From contig CAMTXX010000039.1 in assembly GCA_947085825.1 (NCBI GenBank), forward strand, positions 12,343 through 76,342: a DNA stretch of 64,000 nucleotides, written 5' to 3'. Shown piece by piece: positions 24,205-33,269 of the stretch. How positions within the stretch are numbered: the stretch's first letter is position 1; every line of letters starts with the position of its first letter. The notes under the pieces were generated by a model. It was given only the letters and a program-made list of their open reading frames with translations. It did no database searches and had not been told where the DNA came from. A program made the translations under genes and the position numbers. The DNA is from an uncultured Nitrospira sp. GTDB taxonomy: Bacteria; Nitrospirota; Thermodesulfovibrionia; Thermodesulfovibrionales; UBA6898.

Positions 24205-26862
24205 ATGGCTGAACTAGAGAAAAGTTATAATCCCGAAGGCGTTGAAGAAAAATGGTATGAATTTTGGTTAAGCAGAAATTATTTTATTGCTGATCCGGAT
24301 TCTGATACCGAAGCATTTTCTATTGTAATCCCTCCCCCGAATGTCACAGGAACTCTTCATATGGGACATGCCCTTAATACTGTCATACAGGACATACTGG
24401 CACGCTGGAAAAGGATGTGCGGTTATAACGTCCTCTGGATTCCCGGTATGGACCATGCCGGTATCGCCACTCAGAATGTTGTTGAAAGACAGCTCGCTGC
24501 CGAAGGCATAGACAGACATCATCTCGGCAGAGACGCATTTATCGAACGTGTTTGGCAATGGAAGGCTGAATATGGCGGCAGGATTATCCACCAGTTGAAA
24601 CGTCTCGGCGCTTCGTGTGACTGGTCAAGGGAAAGATTCACCCTTGACAAAGGGCTCTCACTGGCTGTTATTGAGGTTTTTGTAAGCCTCTATGAACAGG
24701 GCCTCATCTATAGGGACAACAGACTCATAAACTGGTGTCCCAGATGTCATACCGCATTGTCTGATATTGAAGTAGAACATGAAGAAGTTGAAGGCAACCT
24801 CACGTATATAAAGTATTTTCTTGCAGGAGGAGAGGACTATATAATTGTTGCCACCACCAGGCCTGAAACAATGCTTGGAGATACTGCAGTAGCTGTGAAT
24901 CCTGAAGATGACCGGTACAAAAACTTTATCGGAAAAAGCATATTGCTTCCTCTTGCAAACAGGGAAATTCCTGTTGTCGCAGATAACTCTGTAGATACCG
25001 CTTTCGGCACAGGCGCTGTAAAAGTAACACCGTCTCATGACTTCAATGATGAGGCGATAGCAAAACGGCAGAGCCCACAGCTTCCCTTTATCAATGTAAT
25101 CAGTCCAGAAGGTAAAATGACGGCAGAGGCCGGCCATAAATACGCGGGGATGGACAGGTATGAATGCCGAAAAGCTGTTGTTATGGATCTGGCGGATGCC
25201 GGACTTATAGAAAGAAGAGAAAAATATACTCATTCCATAAGTCAGTGCTACCGGTGCAAGACAGTTATAGAACCTCTCCCTGCTTTACAGTGGTATGTAA
25301 AGGTGCAGCCTCTCGCAGATGAGGCTATGAAGGCGGTCAGGGAAGGTGGAACGAAAATCATACCGAAATCCTGGGAAAACACATACTTTGCGTGGATGGA
25401 AGGGATTAAAGACTGGTGTATATCCAGGCAGATATGGTGGGGACACAGGATACCGGTTTGGTACTGTGATGCGTGCGGTGAGATGATGGTTTCCAGAACA
25501 GCGCCGCTGAAATGCGTGAAATGCTACAACTCTAACCTCAGGCAGGAAGAAGATGTTCTTGATACCTGGTTTTCATCCGCGCTCTGGCCGTTTTCCACCC
25601 TCGGATGGCCGGTCAGAACACCGGAACTCAAAAAATATTATCCCACAACAGCGCTTGTTACCGGCTTTGACATAATATTCTTCTGGGTCGCACGCATGAT
25701 GATGCTGGGAATAAAGTTTATGGATGCCGTCCCCTTCAGAGATGTCTATATCCATGCCTTAGTCAGAGATTCGTCCGGACAAAAAATGTCTAAATCAAAG
25801 GGAAATGTGATAGACCCTCTTATTATGATGGACAAGTATGGTACAGACGCCTTCAGGTTTACCCTCGCTGCATTCGCCGCACAAGGACGTGACGTCAGGT
25901 TTTCCGAGGAAAGAGTGGAAGGGTACAGACACTTTGTCAATAAGCTCTGGAATGCCGCCAGATTTATCCTTCTTAACGCAGGCGATGCCTCTGTGCAGGA
26001 TAAAATTGATATTCAGAAGCTGGATATCGGCAGCAGGTGGATATTAAGCAGACTGTCTTTTACTGCTGAAGAAATAGACCGCTCTCTTGCTGAATACCGG
26101 TTCAATGACGCGGCAAACAGCATCTATCATTTTATCTGGCACGAACTCTGTGACTGGTATATTGAGATGGTCAAGCCTGTTTTGTATGATGAAACTGCTG
26201 ACAGACTTCCTCTCAGGCGGTGTCTTCTTTACGTACTTGAAAGGACTTTGAGGCTGCTTCATCCCTTTATGCCGTATGTGACGGAGGAGATATGGCAGAA
26301 TATGCCCCATGAAGGAGAGAGCATCGTTACTGCTGAATACCCCAAAAATTTACTCAGAGAAACTGAAGCTGAAGAACATATGTCTATTATTATGGAGGCG
26401 GTAACAGGCGTCAGGACGATACGGGGTGAATTGAATCTGTCCCCTTCTCTTGAATTAAAGGCCCATATTAAAACACTCAGCAAAAAGGCAAGAGACGTTC
26501 TCACCGGGAATCTCACATATCTGAAAAAACTGGCAAAGGCGGATGTCATAGAGATAGGTCCTGAGGTAAAGAAGATAAAAGGTTCTTCTGTCGCAGTCCG
26601 AAATCATGTTGAAGTTTATGTGCCTCTTGAAGGCCTTTTAAATCTGGACCTTGAAATTGAACGGCTTAAAAAAGAAGAGGCAAAGGCTGAAGAGTCCATT
26701 ATCTTTCTGAATAAAAAACTCCTCAATGAAGATTTCCTTAAAAGGGCGCCGAAAGAGGTTATTGCCAAGGAGCAGGAAAAGTGCGAAGAGTGCTTGAAAA
26801 AGAAAGAAAGGATTCTTGAAAATCTCCAAAAACTGTATGAAGCCAAAGGGGGAAAAGAATGA
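24205..26862 (+). CDS. valS: Valine--tRNA ligase
   Basis: 885 aa. PPPNVTGTLHMGHA (HIGH), KMSKSKGN (KMSKS) and a C-terminal coiled coil. Confidence 0.97.
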   Translation: MAELEKSYNPEGVEEKWYEFWLSRNYFIADPDSDTEAFSIVIPPPNVTGTLHMGHALNTVIQDILARWKRMCGYNVLWIPGMDHAGIATQNVVERQLAAEGIDRHHLGRDAFIERVWQWKAEYGGRIIHQLKRLGASCDWSRERFTLDKGLSLAVIEVFVSLYEQGLIYRDNRLINWCPRCHTALSDIEVEHEEVEGNLTYIKYFLAGGEDYIIVATTRPETMLGDTAVAVNPEDDRYKNFIGKSILLPLANREIPVVADNSVDTAFGTGAVKVTPSHDFNDEAIAKRQSPQLPFINVISPEGKMTAEAGHKYAGMDRYECRKAVVMDLADAGLIERREKYTHSISQCYRCKTVIEPLPALQWYVKVQPLADEAMKAVREGGTKIIPKSWENTYFAWMEGIKDWCISRQIWWGHRIPVWYCDACGEMMVSRTAPLKCVKCYNSNLRQEEDVLDTWFSSALWPFSTLGWPVRTPELKKYYPTTALVTGFDIIFFWVARMMMLGIKFMDAVPFRDVYIHALVRDSSGQKMSKSKGNVIDPLIMMDKYGTDAFRFTLAAFAAQGRDVRFSEERVEGYRHFVNKLWNAARFILLNAGDASVQDKIDIQKLDIGSRWILSRLSFTAEEIDRSLAEYRFNDAANSIYHFIWHELCDWYIEMVKPVLYDETADRLPLRRCLLYVLERTLRLLHPFMPYVTEEIWQNMPHEGESIVTAEYPKNLLRETEAEEHMSIIMEAVTGVRTIRGELNLSPSLELKAHIKTLSKKARDVLTGNLTYLKKLAKADVIEIGPEVKKIKGSSVAVRNHVEVYVPLEGLLNLDLEIERLKKEEAKAEESIIFLNKKLLNEDFLKRAPKEVIAKEQEKCEECLKKKERILENLQKLYEAKGGKE

Positions 26863-27341
26863 AAGAAAAAGAGCAGGAAATCAAGGGAAAATCGCTTGAA
26901 ATCATTGAAGGGGAGTTCATTCAAATAAGCCAGAGCAGCGTCAGAAATGTCGAGGGCGGACATGTAGAAATGGAGCAGGTATGCGCTTTAAGTGTGGATG
27001 GAGAAAAGATAGAGGCTGAACAGAGCGCAGCGTTGATGATAAGCGGCGATGATATCACGATGAACCAAAGCGTGTGCATGGCAGTCGTGGCCAATAAAGC
27101 CAAACTGAAATTTTCCTGCGTGCCGATATCGTTAACAAGAGAAGATGCAACTATTAAAAAAAGTGCCGCAGGCATCATTGCTGCCAATAATGTGAAAGTC
27201 GACAATAGCGCCGCCTTTCTTGTCCTCGCCAAGAATGTTGACGGAAATATCAATACGTTATTTGACTGGAAATCTGCGGCAGCCCTCGGCGGGGTGCTCG
27301 GAGGCATTTGGGGGCTTTTTACTCTTTTAAAGAAGAGATAA
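26859..27341 (+). CDS. Tail-anchored protein made of ~7 tandem 15-16-aa repeats (unknown function)
   Basis: 160 aa. ATGA overlap with valS. Repeats begin Q/S-S/V-A-A (listed in full in the finding for this ORF). C-terminal TM helix AAALGGVLGGIWGLFTLL followed by KKR. Confidence 0.6.
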   Translation: MKEKEQEIKGKSLEIIEGEFIQISQSSVRNVEGGHVEMEQVCALSVDGEKIEAEQSAALMISGDDITMNQSVCMAVVANKAKLKFSCVPISLTREDATIKKSAAGIIAANNVKVDNSAAFLVLAKNVDGNINTLFDWKSAAALGGVLGGIWGLFTLLKKR

Positions 27342-27347
27342 CCTGTT

Positions 27348-28181
27348 ATGAATATGCCGTCAACTGTGGCCCGGTTGATAAAACATGCCATAGAAGAAGA
27401 TATTGGTCATGGTGATATAACATCATCATTGCTCATCCCTGATGAGAGTGAGGCCAGGGCATTATATGTAGCAAAGGCCAATTTTGTAGTCGCCGGTTTT
27501 CCTTTTGCAAAAGAAGTCTTCAATATCCTGGATTCTGGCGCTGTATTTAAAACTTTTTTTGCAGAAGGCGCCAAGGTCAAAAAAGGAGATATTCTCGGAG
27601 AAGTATCAGGCAAGACAAAGGTATTGCTTGCCGGTGAACGGGTAAGCCTCAATATCCTGCAGAGGCTTTCCGGTATCGCTACGCTGACAAGCCAATTCGT
27701 GGATGCAGTAAAGGGAACCGGGACAAAGATTATTGATACACGGAAGACTGCCCCCTGTATGAGATTTATGGAGAAATACGCTGTCAAAATGGGAGGAGGC
27801 GAAAATCACAGGTTCGGCCTGTTTGACGGAATACTGATCAAGGACAATCACATCGAGGCTGTTGGCAGCATAGCAAAAGCGATATCGCTTGCAAAGGCAG
27901 GTCACCATCTTTTAAAAATAGAAGTTGAAGTAGAGAACCTTAATGATCTTCAGGAGGCCTTTGAGGCAGGGGCCGATATTATCATGCTGGATAACATGTC
28001 TGAAGGTGATATGAGAGAAGCTGTAAAGATCGTTCAAAAAAGAATCCCACTTGAGGCCTCGGGCAATGTCTCGCTTAACAATGTAAGGGAAATAGCTGAA
28101 ACCGGGGTCGATATGATATCAATCGGAGCGCTGACCCATTCGGTGCTTGCTGCTGATATAAGTTTGAAGATAGTGCAATAA
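27348..28181 (+). CDS. nadC: Nicotinate-nucleotide diphosphorylase (carboxylating)
   Basis: 277 aa. Typical GERVSLNILQRLSGIAT, DTRKT.P..R..EKYAV..GGG.NHR and MLDNM motifs. Confidence 0.93.
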   Translation: MNMPSTVARLIKHAIEEDIGHGDITSSLLIPDESEARALYVAKANFVVAGFPFAKEVFNILDSGAVFKTFFAEGAKVKKGDILGEVSGKTKVLLAGERVSLNILQRLSGIATLTSQFVDAVKGTGTKIIDTRKTAPCMRFMEKYAVKMGGGENHRFGLFDGILIKDNHIEAVGSIAKAISLAKAGHHLLKIEVEVENLNDLQEAFEAGADIIMLDNMSEGDMREAVKIVQKRIPLEASGNVSLNNVREIAETGVDMISIGALTHSVLAADISLKIVQ

Positions 28182-28187
28182 ATTTTA

Positions 28188-29054
28188 ATGACTATGAGAT
28201 TGCCTGAATGGATACGCACTCGAAACCGTACTGATCGCCATGATATAAAACATTTATTGAGGCGTCATAAACTGTCTACTGTATGTGAAGAAGCCCGGTG
28301 TCCTAACAGGGGTGAGTGCTTTGCAAAGCCTACGGCAACGTTTATGATACTTGGAGCGCATTGCACGAGAAACTGCGGTTTTTGTTCTGTAAGCTCTTTT
28401 ACTCCTGAGATATTAGATGAGAATGAGCCGGAAAATGTTGCCGGGGCTGCTGAAGAGCTGCAACTCAAATATATTGTTATTACCTCAGTAACAAGGGATG
28501 ACCTCAGGGATGGCGGGGCAGGGCAGTTTGCAAAGACGATTAACGCTGTAAGGAAAAGGATGCCTCTTGTGAAGATAGAGGTCCTTACCCCTGATTTTCA
28601 GGGGAATATAAAATCCCTCAGGACAGTTCTGGAGGCCGGACCGGACGTATTTAATCATAACGTAGAAACAGTTGAACGGCTTTATCCTGTTGTCAGGCCG
28701 TCTGCGGATTACGGAAGGTCTTTATCGGTTTTAAGGCAGTCAAAGGAGGTCGCGCCTGATATTTTTACAAAGTCCGGTTTTATGCTTGGTCTTGGTGAGG
28801 CATTTGATGAAATTTTAACTGTCCTGCAAGATCTGCGAAAAGTTGATTGCGATTTTGTTACAATAGGTCAGTATCTCAGACCCACAAAGAGGAATCTTCC
28901 TGTGGTAGAATACATCCTTCCTGAGGTATTTGAGGACGTGAGGATGAAAGCCCTTGATATGGGTTTTAAGTATGCGGCTTCAGGGCCGCTTGTAAGAAGC
29001 TCTATGAACGCAGAGGAGATGTACAGACATGAGGGTATTAATATAGATGATTAA
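28188..29054 (+). CDS. lipA: Lipoyl synthase
   Basis: 288 aa. CEEARCPNRGEC auxiliary cluster and CTRNCGFC radical-SAM motif. Confidence 0.95.
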   Translation: MTMRLPEWIRTRNRTDRHDIKHLLRRHKLSTVCEEARCPNRGECFAKPTATFMILGAHCTRNCGFCSVSSFTPEILDENEPENVAGAAEELQLKYIVITSVTRDDLRDGGAGQFAKTINAVRKRMPLVKIEVLTPDFQGNIKSLRTVLEAGPDVFNHNVETVERLYPVVRPSADYGRSLSVLRQSKEVAPDIFTKSGFMLGLGEAFDEILTVLQDLRKVDCDFVTIGQYLRPTKRNLPVVEYILPEVFEDVRMKALDMGFKYAASGPLVRSSMNAEEMYRHEGINIDD

Positions 29055-30345
29055 CATTGGAATTATTGGCTTCGGCACAGTAGGGACCGGCGCCGCAGGC
29101 ATACTTATTAATAACAGGCAACTCCTGAAAGACAGAACAGGTATAGATATAAACCTGAAGAAAATAGCGGATCTTGATATAAAAAGAGACAGGGGTATCA
29201 AGCTGCCCAAAGGTGTGCTGACAACTAATGCGGACTCCCTGATTGCAGACCCTGATATTCATATTATCGTCGAGCTTATCGGCGGGACAACCATAGCAAA
29301 AGAGATAATCCTCAAGGCGATAAAAAACGGAAAGCACGTGGTGACTGCGAACAAGGCCTTGCTCGCAACACATGGAAAGGAGATATTCAAGGCTGCTGAA
29401 AGAGCGCATGTAAAAGTGGGTTTTGAGGCTTCTGTTGCAGGAGGCATACCGATAATCAAGATTATCAGTGAAGGGCTGGTTGCAAACAGGATAAAGTCCA
29501 TATACGGCATAATTAATGGAACGACAAATTATATCCTCTCAAAGATGTCCGATGAAAATGCGGAGTTCTCTGAAGTATTGAAAGAAGCGCAGAAGCTGGG
29601 ATATGCTGAGGCAGACTCCACCTATGACATTGAAGGCATAGATTCCGCCCATAAGCTTGCCATATTAGCATCTCTGGCATATGGGACCCAGTTCAGCCTG
29701 AAAGACGTATACCGGGAGGGCATTTCACAGATATCATCGATGGATATAGAGTTTGCGCGTGAACTGGGGTATAAGCTGAAACTGCTTGCTATTGCAAAGG
29801 AAACAAACGGGAAGATTGAACTGAGAGTGCATCCTACCATGGTCCCTGAGGACTTGCTTATTTCAAAGGTAGACGGTGTCTTTAATGCTGTTTATGTCGA
29901 AGGTGATGCTGTGGGTTCCACACTCTATTATGGCCGGGGCGCCGGGGATATGCCGACAGGCAGCGCTGTTGTCAGTGATATCGTTGATATTTCCTGCAAT
30001 ATAGTTAATAAGAACATAGGAAGGAACCCCTTTTTCTCCAGGGCTGAAAAAGAGAAAAATCTTCTGAAGATGGATGATGTGCAATCCATGTATTACTTCA
30101 GATTTTCTGCAATTGATAAACCCGGGGTTCTTTCCAGAATTTCCGGCATACTCGGGAAATATAACATAAGCATCGCCTCTGTTATACAGAAGGACAGAAG
30201 AGAAGGGAAAGCCGTTCCTTTAGTTGTTCTTACCCATTTAGCCAGAGAAAAAGATGTCCTCTCTGCTGTTAAAGAGAGCAACAGGCTGCCGATTGTTGCG
30301 GATAAAACTGTTTTTATAAGGGTAGAGGGAAAAGAGCTGGAATGA
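29047..30345 (+). CDS. hom: Homoserine dehydrogenase
   Basis: 432 aa. IGIIGFGTVGTG Rossmann motif, ANKALLA, NGTTNYIL and a C-terminal ACT-like domain. Confidence 0.93.
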   Translation: MINIGIIGFGTVGTGAAGILINNRQLLKDRTGIDINLKKIADLDIKRDRGIKLPKGVLTTNADSLIADPDIHIIVELIGGTTIAKEIILKAIKNGKHVVTANKALLATHGKEIFKAAERAHVKVGFEASVAGGIPIIKIISEGLVANRIKSIYGIINGTTNYILSKMSDENAEFSEVLKEAQKLGYAEADSTYDIEGIDSAHKLAILASLAYGTQFSLKDVYREGISQISSMDIEFARELGYKLKLLAIAKETNGKIELRVHPTMVPEDLLISKVDGVFNAVYVEGDAVGSTLYYGRGAGDMPTGSAVVSDIVDISCNIVNKNIGRNPFFSRAEKEKNLLKMDDVQSMYYFRFSAIDKPGVLSRISGILGKYNISIASVIQKDRREGKAVPLVVLTHLAREKDVLSAVKESNRLPIVADKTVFIRVEGKELE

Positions 30346-30381
30346 AAGATATAATTAGTGTCTGTCCATCTGGAGGTCTTT

Positions 30382-30627
30382 ATGGAAGCAATTATTCCTG
30401 ATAAAAGCATTAATATTAAGGGCCTTGTTTGTCCTTATACTTTCGTAAAGGCAAAACTTGCGATAGAGTCCATGGAGGTAGGTCAGATACTTGAGATTCT
30501 TCTTGATTATGAAGAGGCTGCCGGAAGTATTCCAAAGTCTATGGAAGATCATGGGCAGAAGGTTTTAAAGGTCGAGAAGATTAATGATACAGATTGGCTT
30601 TTACAGATAAAAAAGGAGAAAGATTAA
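30382..30627 (+). CDS. TusA/SirA-family sulfurtransferase
   Basis: ATG at 30382 follows GGAGG. IKGLVCPYTFVKAK active-site region and ..GQILEILLDY....SIPKS. The track ORF begins at a GTG 24 nt upstream. Confidence 0.75.
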   Translation: MEAIIPDKSINIKGLVCPYTFVKAKLAIESMEVGQILEILLDYEEAAGSIPKSMEDHGQKVLKVEKINDTDWLLQIKKEKD

Positions 30628-31430
30628 TGGATTTTACTGACGATCAGCTATTACGGTACAGCAGGCATATTATTCTCCCTGAGGTTGGCGGCAAGGGCCA
30701 GGCAAAAATAGTCAATGCAAAGGTTGTTATTATCGGCGCAGGAGGGCTTGGCTGCCCTGTCGGATATTATCTTACCGCCGCCGGAGTAGGAACGATCGCC
30801 CTGATAGACAATGACACAGTGGAAATGAGTAATCTGCAAAGACAGATTGCCCATAACGTACATACGATCGGCATGCTGAAGGTTGAGTCAGCGCAGAAGA
30901 CGTTCAATGCGTTGAATCCTGAGGTCAATATTATACCCTTGAAAATAAGGATTTCCAGGGACAATATTATAGATTTGATCAAGGATTACGATATCGTGGT
31001 AGATGGGAGTGATAATTTTCCTACAAGGTATCTTGTAAATGACGCCTGTGTCATGACAGGTAAACCTTTGGTCAGCGGCGCTATTCTCAGATTCGAAGGG
31101 CAGGTTACCACAATAATACCAGGAGAAGGGCATTGTTACAGATGCCTCTTTGAGGAGCCACCTCCTCCAGGGCTTGTTCCGTCATGTCAGGAGGCAGGGG
31201 TGCTCGGCGTACTTCCCGGTGTTATCGGCGGGTTACAGGCAACAGAAGTATTAAAGCTGATTCTCGGGAAGGGTGAGGCGCTGAAGGGAGAGCTTCTGTT
31301 ATATAACGCGCTTAAGACGACTTTCAGGAAAGTGAAGGTGCCGAGAAATCCTTCATGCCCTGTTTGCGGGGAAAATCCTACGATTACAGAACTGATTGAT
31401 TACAATGAAGGTTATTGCTCAGTGCAGTAG
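30627..31430 (+). CDS. ThiF/MoeB-family adenylyltransferase (E1-like)
   Basis: The start MDFTDDQLLRYSRHI overlaps the upstream TAA (TAATG). GAGGLGCP nucleotide loop and CYRC...CPVC zinc site. No rhodanese domain. Confidence 0.85.
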   Translation: MDFTDDQLLRYSRHIILPEVGGKGQAKIVNAKVVIIGAGGLGCPVGYYLTAAGVGTIALIDNDTVEMSNLQRQIAHNVHTIGMLKVESAQKTFNALNPEVNIIPLKIRISRDNIIDLIKDYDIVVDGSDNFPTRYLVNDACVMTGKPLVSGAILRFEGQVTTIIPGEGHCYRCLFEEPPPPGLVPSCQEAGVLGVLPGVIGGLQATEVLKLILGKGEALKGELLLYNALKTTFRKVKVPRNPSCPVCGENPTITELIDYNEGYCSVQ

Positions 31431-31543
31431 TCAATGTGAGAGAAGACCCACAATCCACCATCAAAATAAGTGAACTCCAGGCGCCGGGTGATTTTGAAGC
31501 GATCAGAGGGTTCATTTTGTCGTCAAAAAGTTAAAATAAACAA

Positions 31544-32020
31544 ATGAAAAAACATGATGAAAAACCTTTCGTTGAGATATATGCTGACGGGGCCTGCAGC
31601 GGAAATCCGGGTTTGGGAGGATTTGGGGCGATATTAAGGGCAGGCGAAAAATGCAGTGAATTATCCGGATGCGAGAAATTAACGACGAACAACAGGATGG
31701 AAATGATGGGTGTTATCACCGCCCTTGAGGCGCTAAAAAGACCTTGCAACGTCAGAATTACGACAGATTCGACTTATATCGTAAAAGGCATGACAGAATG
31801 GATAAAAGGCTGGATAAAAAATAACTGGAGAAATTCCCAGAAAAAAGAGGTGCTGAACAGGGACCTCTGGGAAAGGCTTTTAAAGGCGGCAAAAGACCAT
31901 AAAATAGAATGGGAATGGATAAAGGGCCATAACGGGCATTATGAAAATGAAAGATGCGATTTCCTTGCCAGAGAGGCTATCAAAAAGTGCAGAAAGGGGA
32001 CTAAAGTTGAAAAAGCCTGA
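31544..32020 (+). CDS. rnhA: Ribonuclease HI
   Basis: 158 aa. [26 protein letters not shown] and KGHNGH..NE.CD.LA. Confidence 0.92.
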   Translation: MKKHDEKPFVEIYADGACSGNPGLGGFGAILRAGEKCSELSGCEKLTTNNRMEMMGVITALEALKRPCNVRITTDSTYIVKGMTEWIKGWIKNNWRNSQKKEVLNRDLWERLLKAAKDHKIEWEWIKGHNGHYENERCDFLAREAIKKCRKGTKVEKA

Positions 32021-33269
32021 ACTGCTCGCGCCTGCCGGCGACTTTGAAAAACTCAGGACAGCCCTGCACTACGGAGCAGATGCCGTCTATATAGGTGATT
32101 CAAGGTTCAGTCTGAGGGGGAAGGCGGAAAATTTCCGGGAGGAGGAACTGAGGGAGGCTGTTGCCTATGCCCAATCACGGGGCGCCAAAGCATATGTGAC
32201 CGCAAATATATTCGCCCATAACAGAGACCTTAAGGCGGTGGAAGATCATGTCCGGCTGCTCAAAGATATACTTCCTGATGCGGTGATTGTTTCGGATCCC
32301 GGCATATTCAGCATATTCAGAAGGATTGCGCCGGAGATTGATATACATATCAGCACCCAGGCGAATATAACCAACTCTGAAACAGCGAAGTTTTGGGAGG
32401 GGCTCGGCGCCAAAAGGCTTATTCTTGCACGGGAGCTTTCGCTTGAAGATATAAGGGAAATTCGGGAGAAGACCACTGTTAAACTCGAGGTGTTTGTGCA
32501 TGGTTCGATATGCATATCCTATTCCGGCAGATGCTATATCAGCAGTTTTCTTGCTTCAAGAAGCGCTAATATGGGGGAGTGCACCAATTCCTGCAGGTGG
32601 AACTATACGCTTATGGAAGAGAAAAGGCCGGGTGAGCATCTCCCGGTCTTTGAAGATGAAAGAGGGACGTATATCATGAGTTCCAGGGACCTCTGCATGA
32701 TAGACCACTTGCCTCTTCTTACAGAGACAGGGATAGACAGCTTCAAGATAGAGGGCCGGATGAAAGGGATTAATTATGTTGCCGGTGTTGTAAAGACCTA
32801 CCGTGAGGCTGTTGATTCCATCGCTAAAGGATATACCATTGAACTCCGTGCCAAATGGCATCAGGAGCTTTCGATGTTCAGCAGTCGTGGGTATACTACG
32901 GGGATGTTTTTTGGAAAACAGCCTGATACTGATTATAATTTTGACGGTGAGAGTTACCGGATGAGCCATGAACTTGTGGGGGTTGTCCTTGAGATATATG
33001 GCAATACAGCCAGGGTCGCATTGCGGAACAGACTGGACAGGGGAGATGAGGTAGAATTTCTTTCTCCCGGACTTGAAGCAAAAAAATATGAGGTAGAAGC
33101 AATACATGATTCAGAGGGGTTTGCTATTACTTCTGCGAGGAATGAGGAGATAATATCTATTCATGTCCCTGAGGGTGTGAGGGAGAATGACCTGATCAGA
33201 AGGGACAAAGATTTCAGAGGCGGCAAAAAGCATTTGCTGTCTGTTGCCGGAGATACTCATTTCGGATGA
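31941..33269 (+). CDS. Peptidase U32 family protein
   Basis: [14 protein letters not shown]...GADAVY and E.FVHG..C.SYSGRC..S signatures. The true start may be the TTG at 32007, after AAGGGGA. The track ORF overlaps rnhA by 80 nt. Confidence 0.85.
   Translation: MKMKDAISLPERLSKSAERGLKLKKPELLAPAGDFEKLRTALHYGADAVYIGDSRFSLRGKAENFREEELREAVAYAQSRGAKAYVTANIFAHNRDLKAVEDHVRLLKDILPDAVIVSDPGIFSIFRRIAPEIDIHISTQANITNSETAKFWEGLGAKRLILARELSLEDIREIREKTTVKLEVFVHGSICISYSGRCYISSFLASRSANMGECTNSCRWNYTLMEEKRPGEHLPVFEDERGTYIMSSRDLCMIDHLPLLTETGIDSFKIEGRMKGINYVAGVVKTYREAVDSIAKGYTIELRAKWHQELSMFSSRGYTTGMFFGKQPDTDYNFDGESYRMSHELVGVVLEIYGNTARVALRNRLDRGDEVEFLSPGLEAKKYEVEAIHDSEGFAITSARNEEIISIHVPEGVRENDLIRRDKDFRGGKKHLLSVAGDTHFG

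Noticed and set aside
24658-27391. Long antisense ORFs inside valS and the repeat-protein gene (for example 24658-25233, 191 aa; 26921-27391, 156 aa; 26616-26963).
   Set aside because: They lie opposite strongly supported genes and have no motifs or RBS. The same reasoning applies to 6317-6727, 12512-12958, 32556-33107, 45381-45899, 52868-53269, 53925-54305 and 55813-56328.
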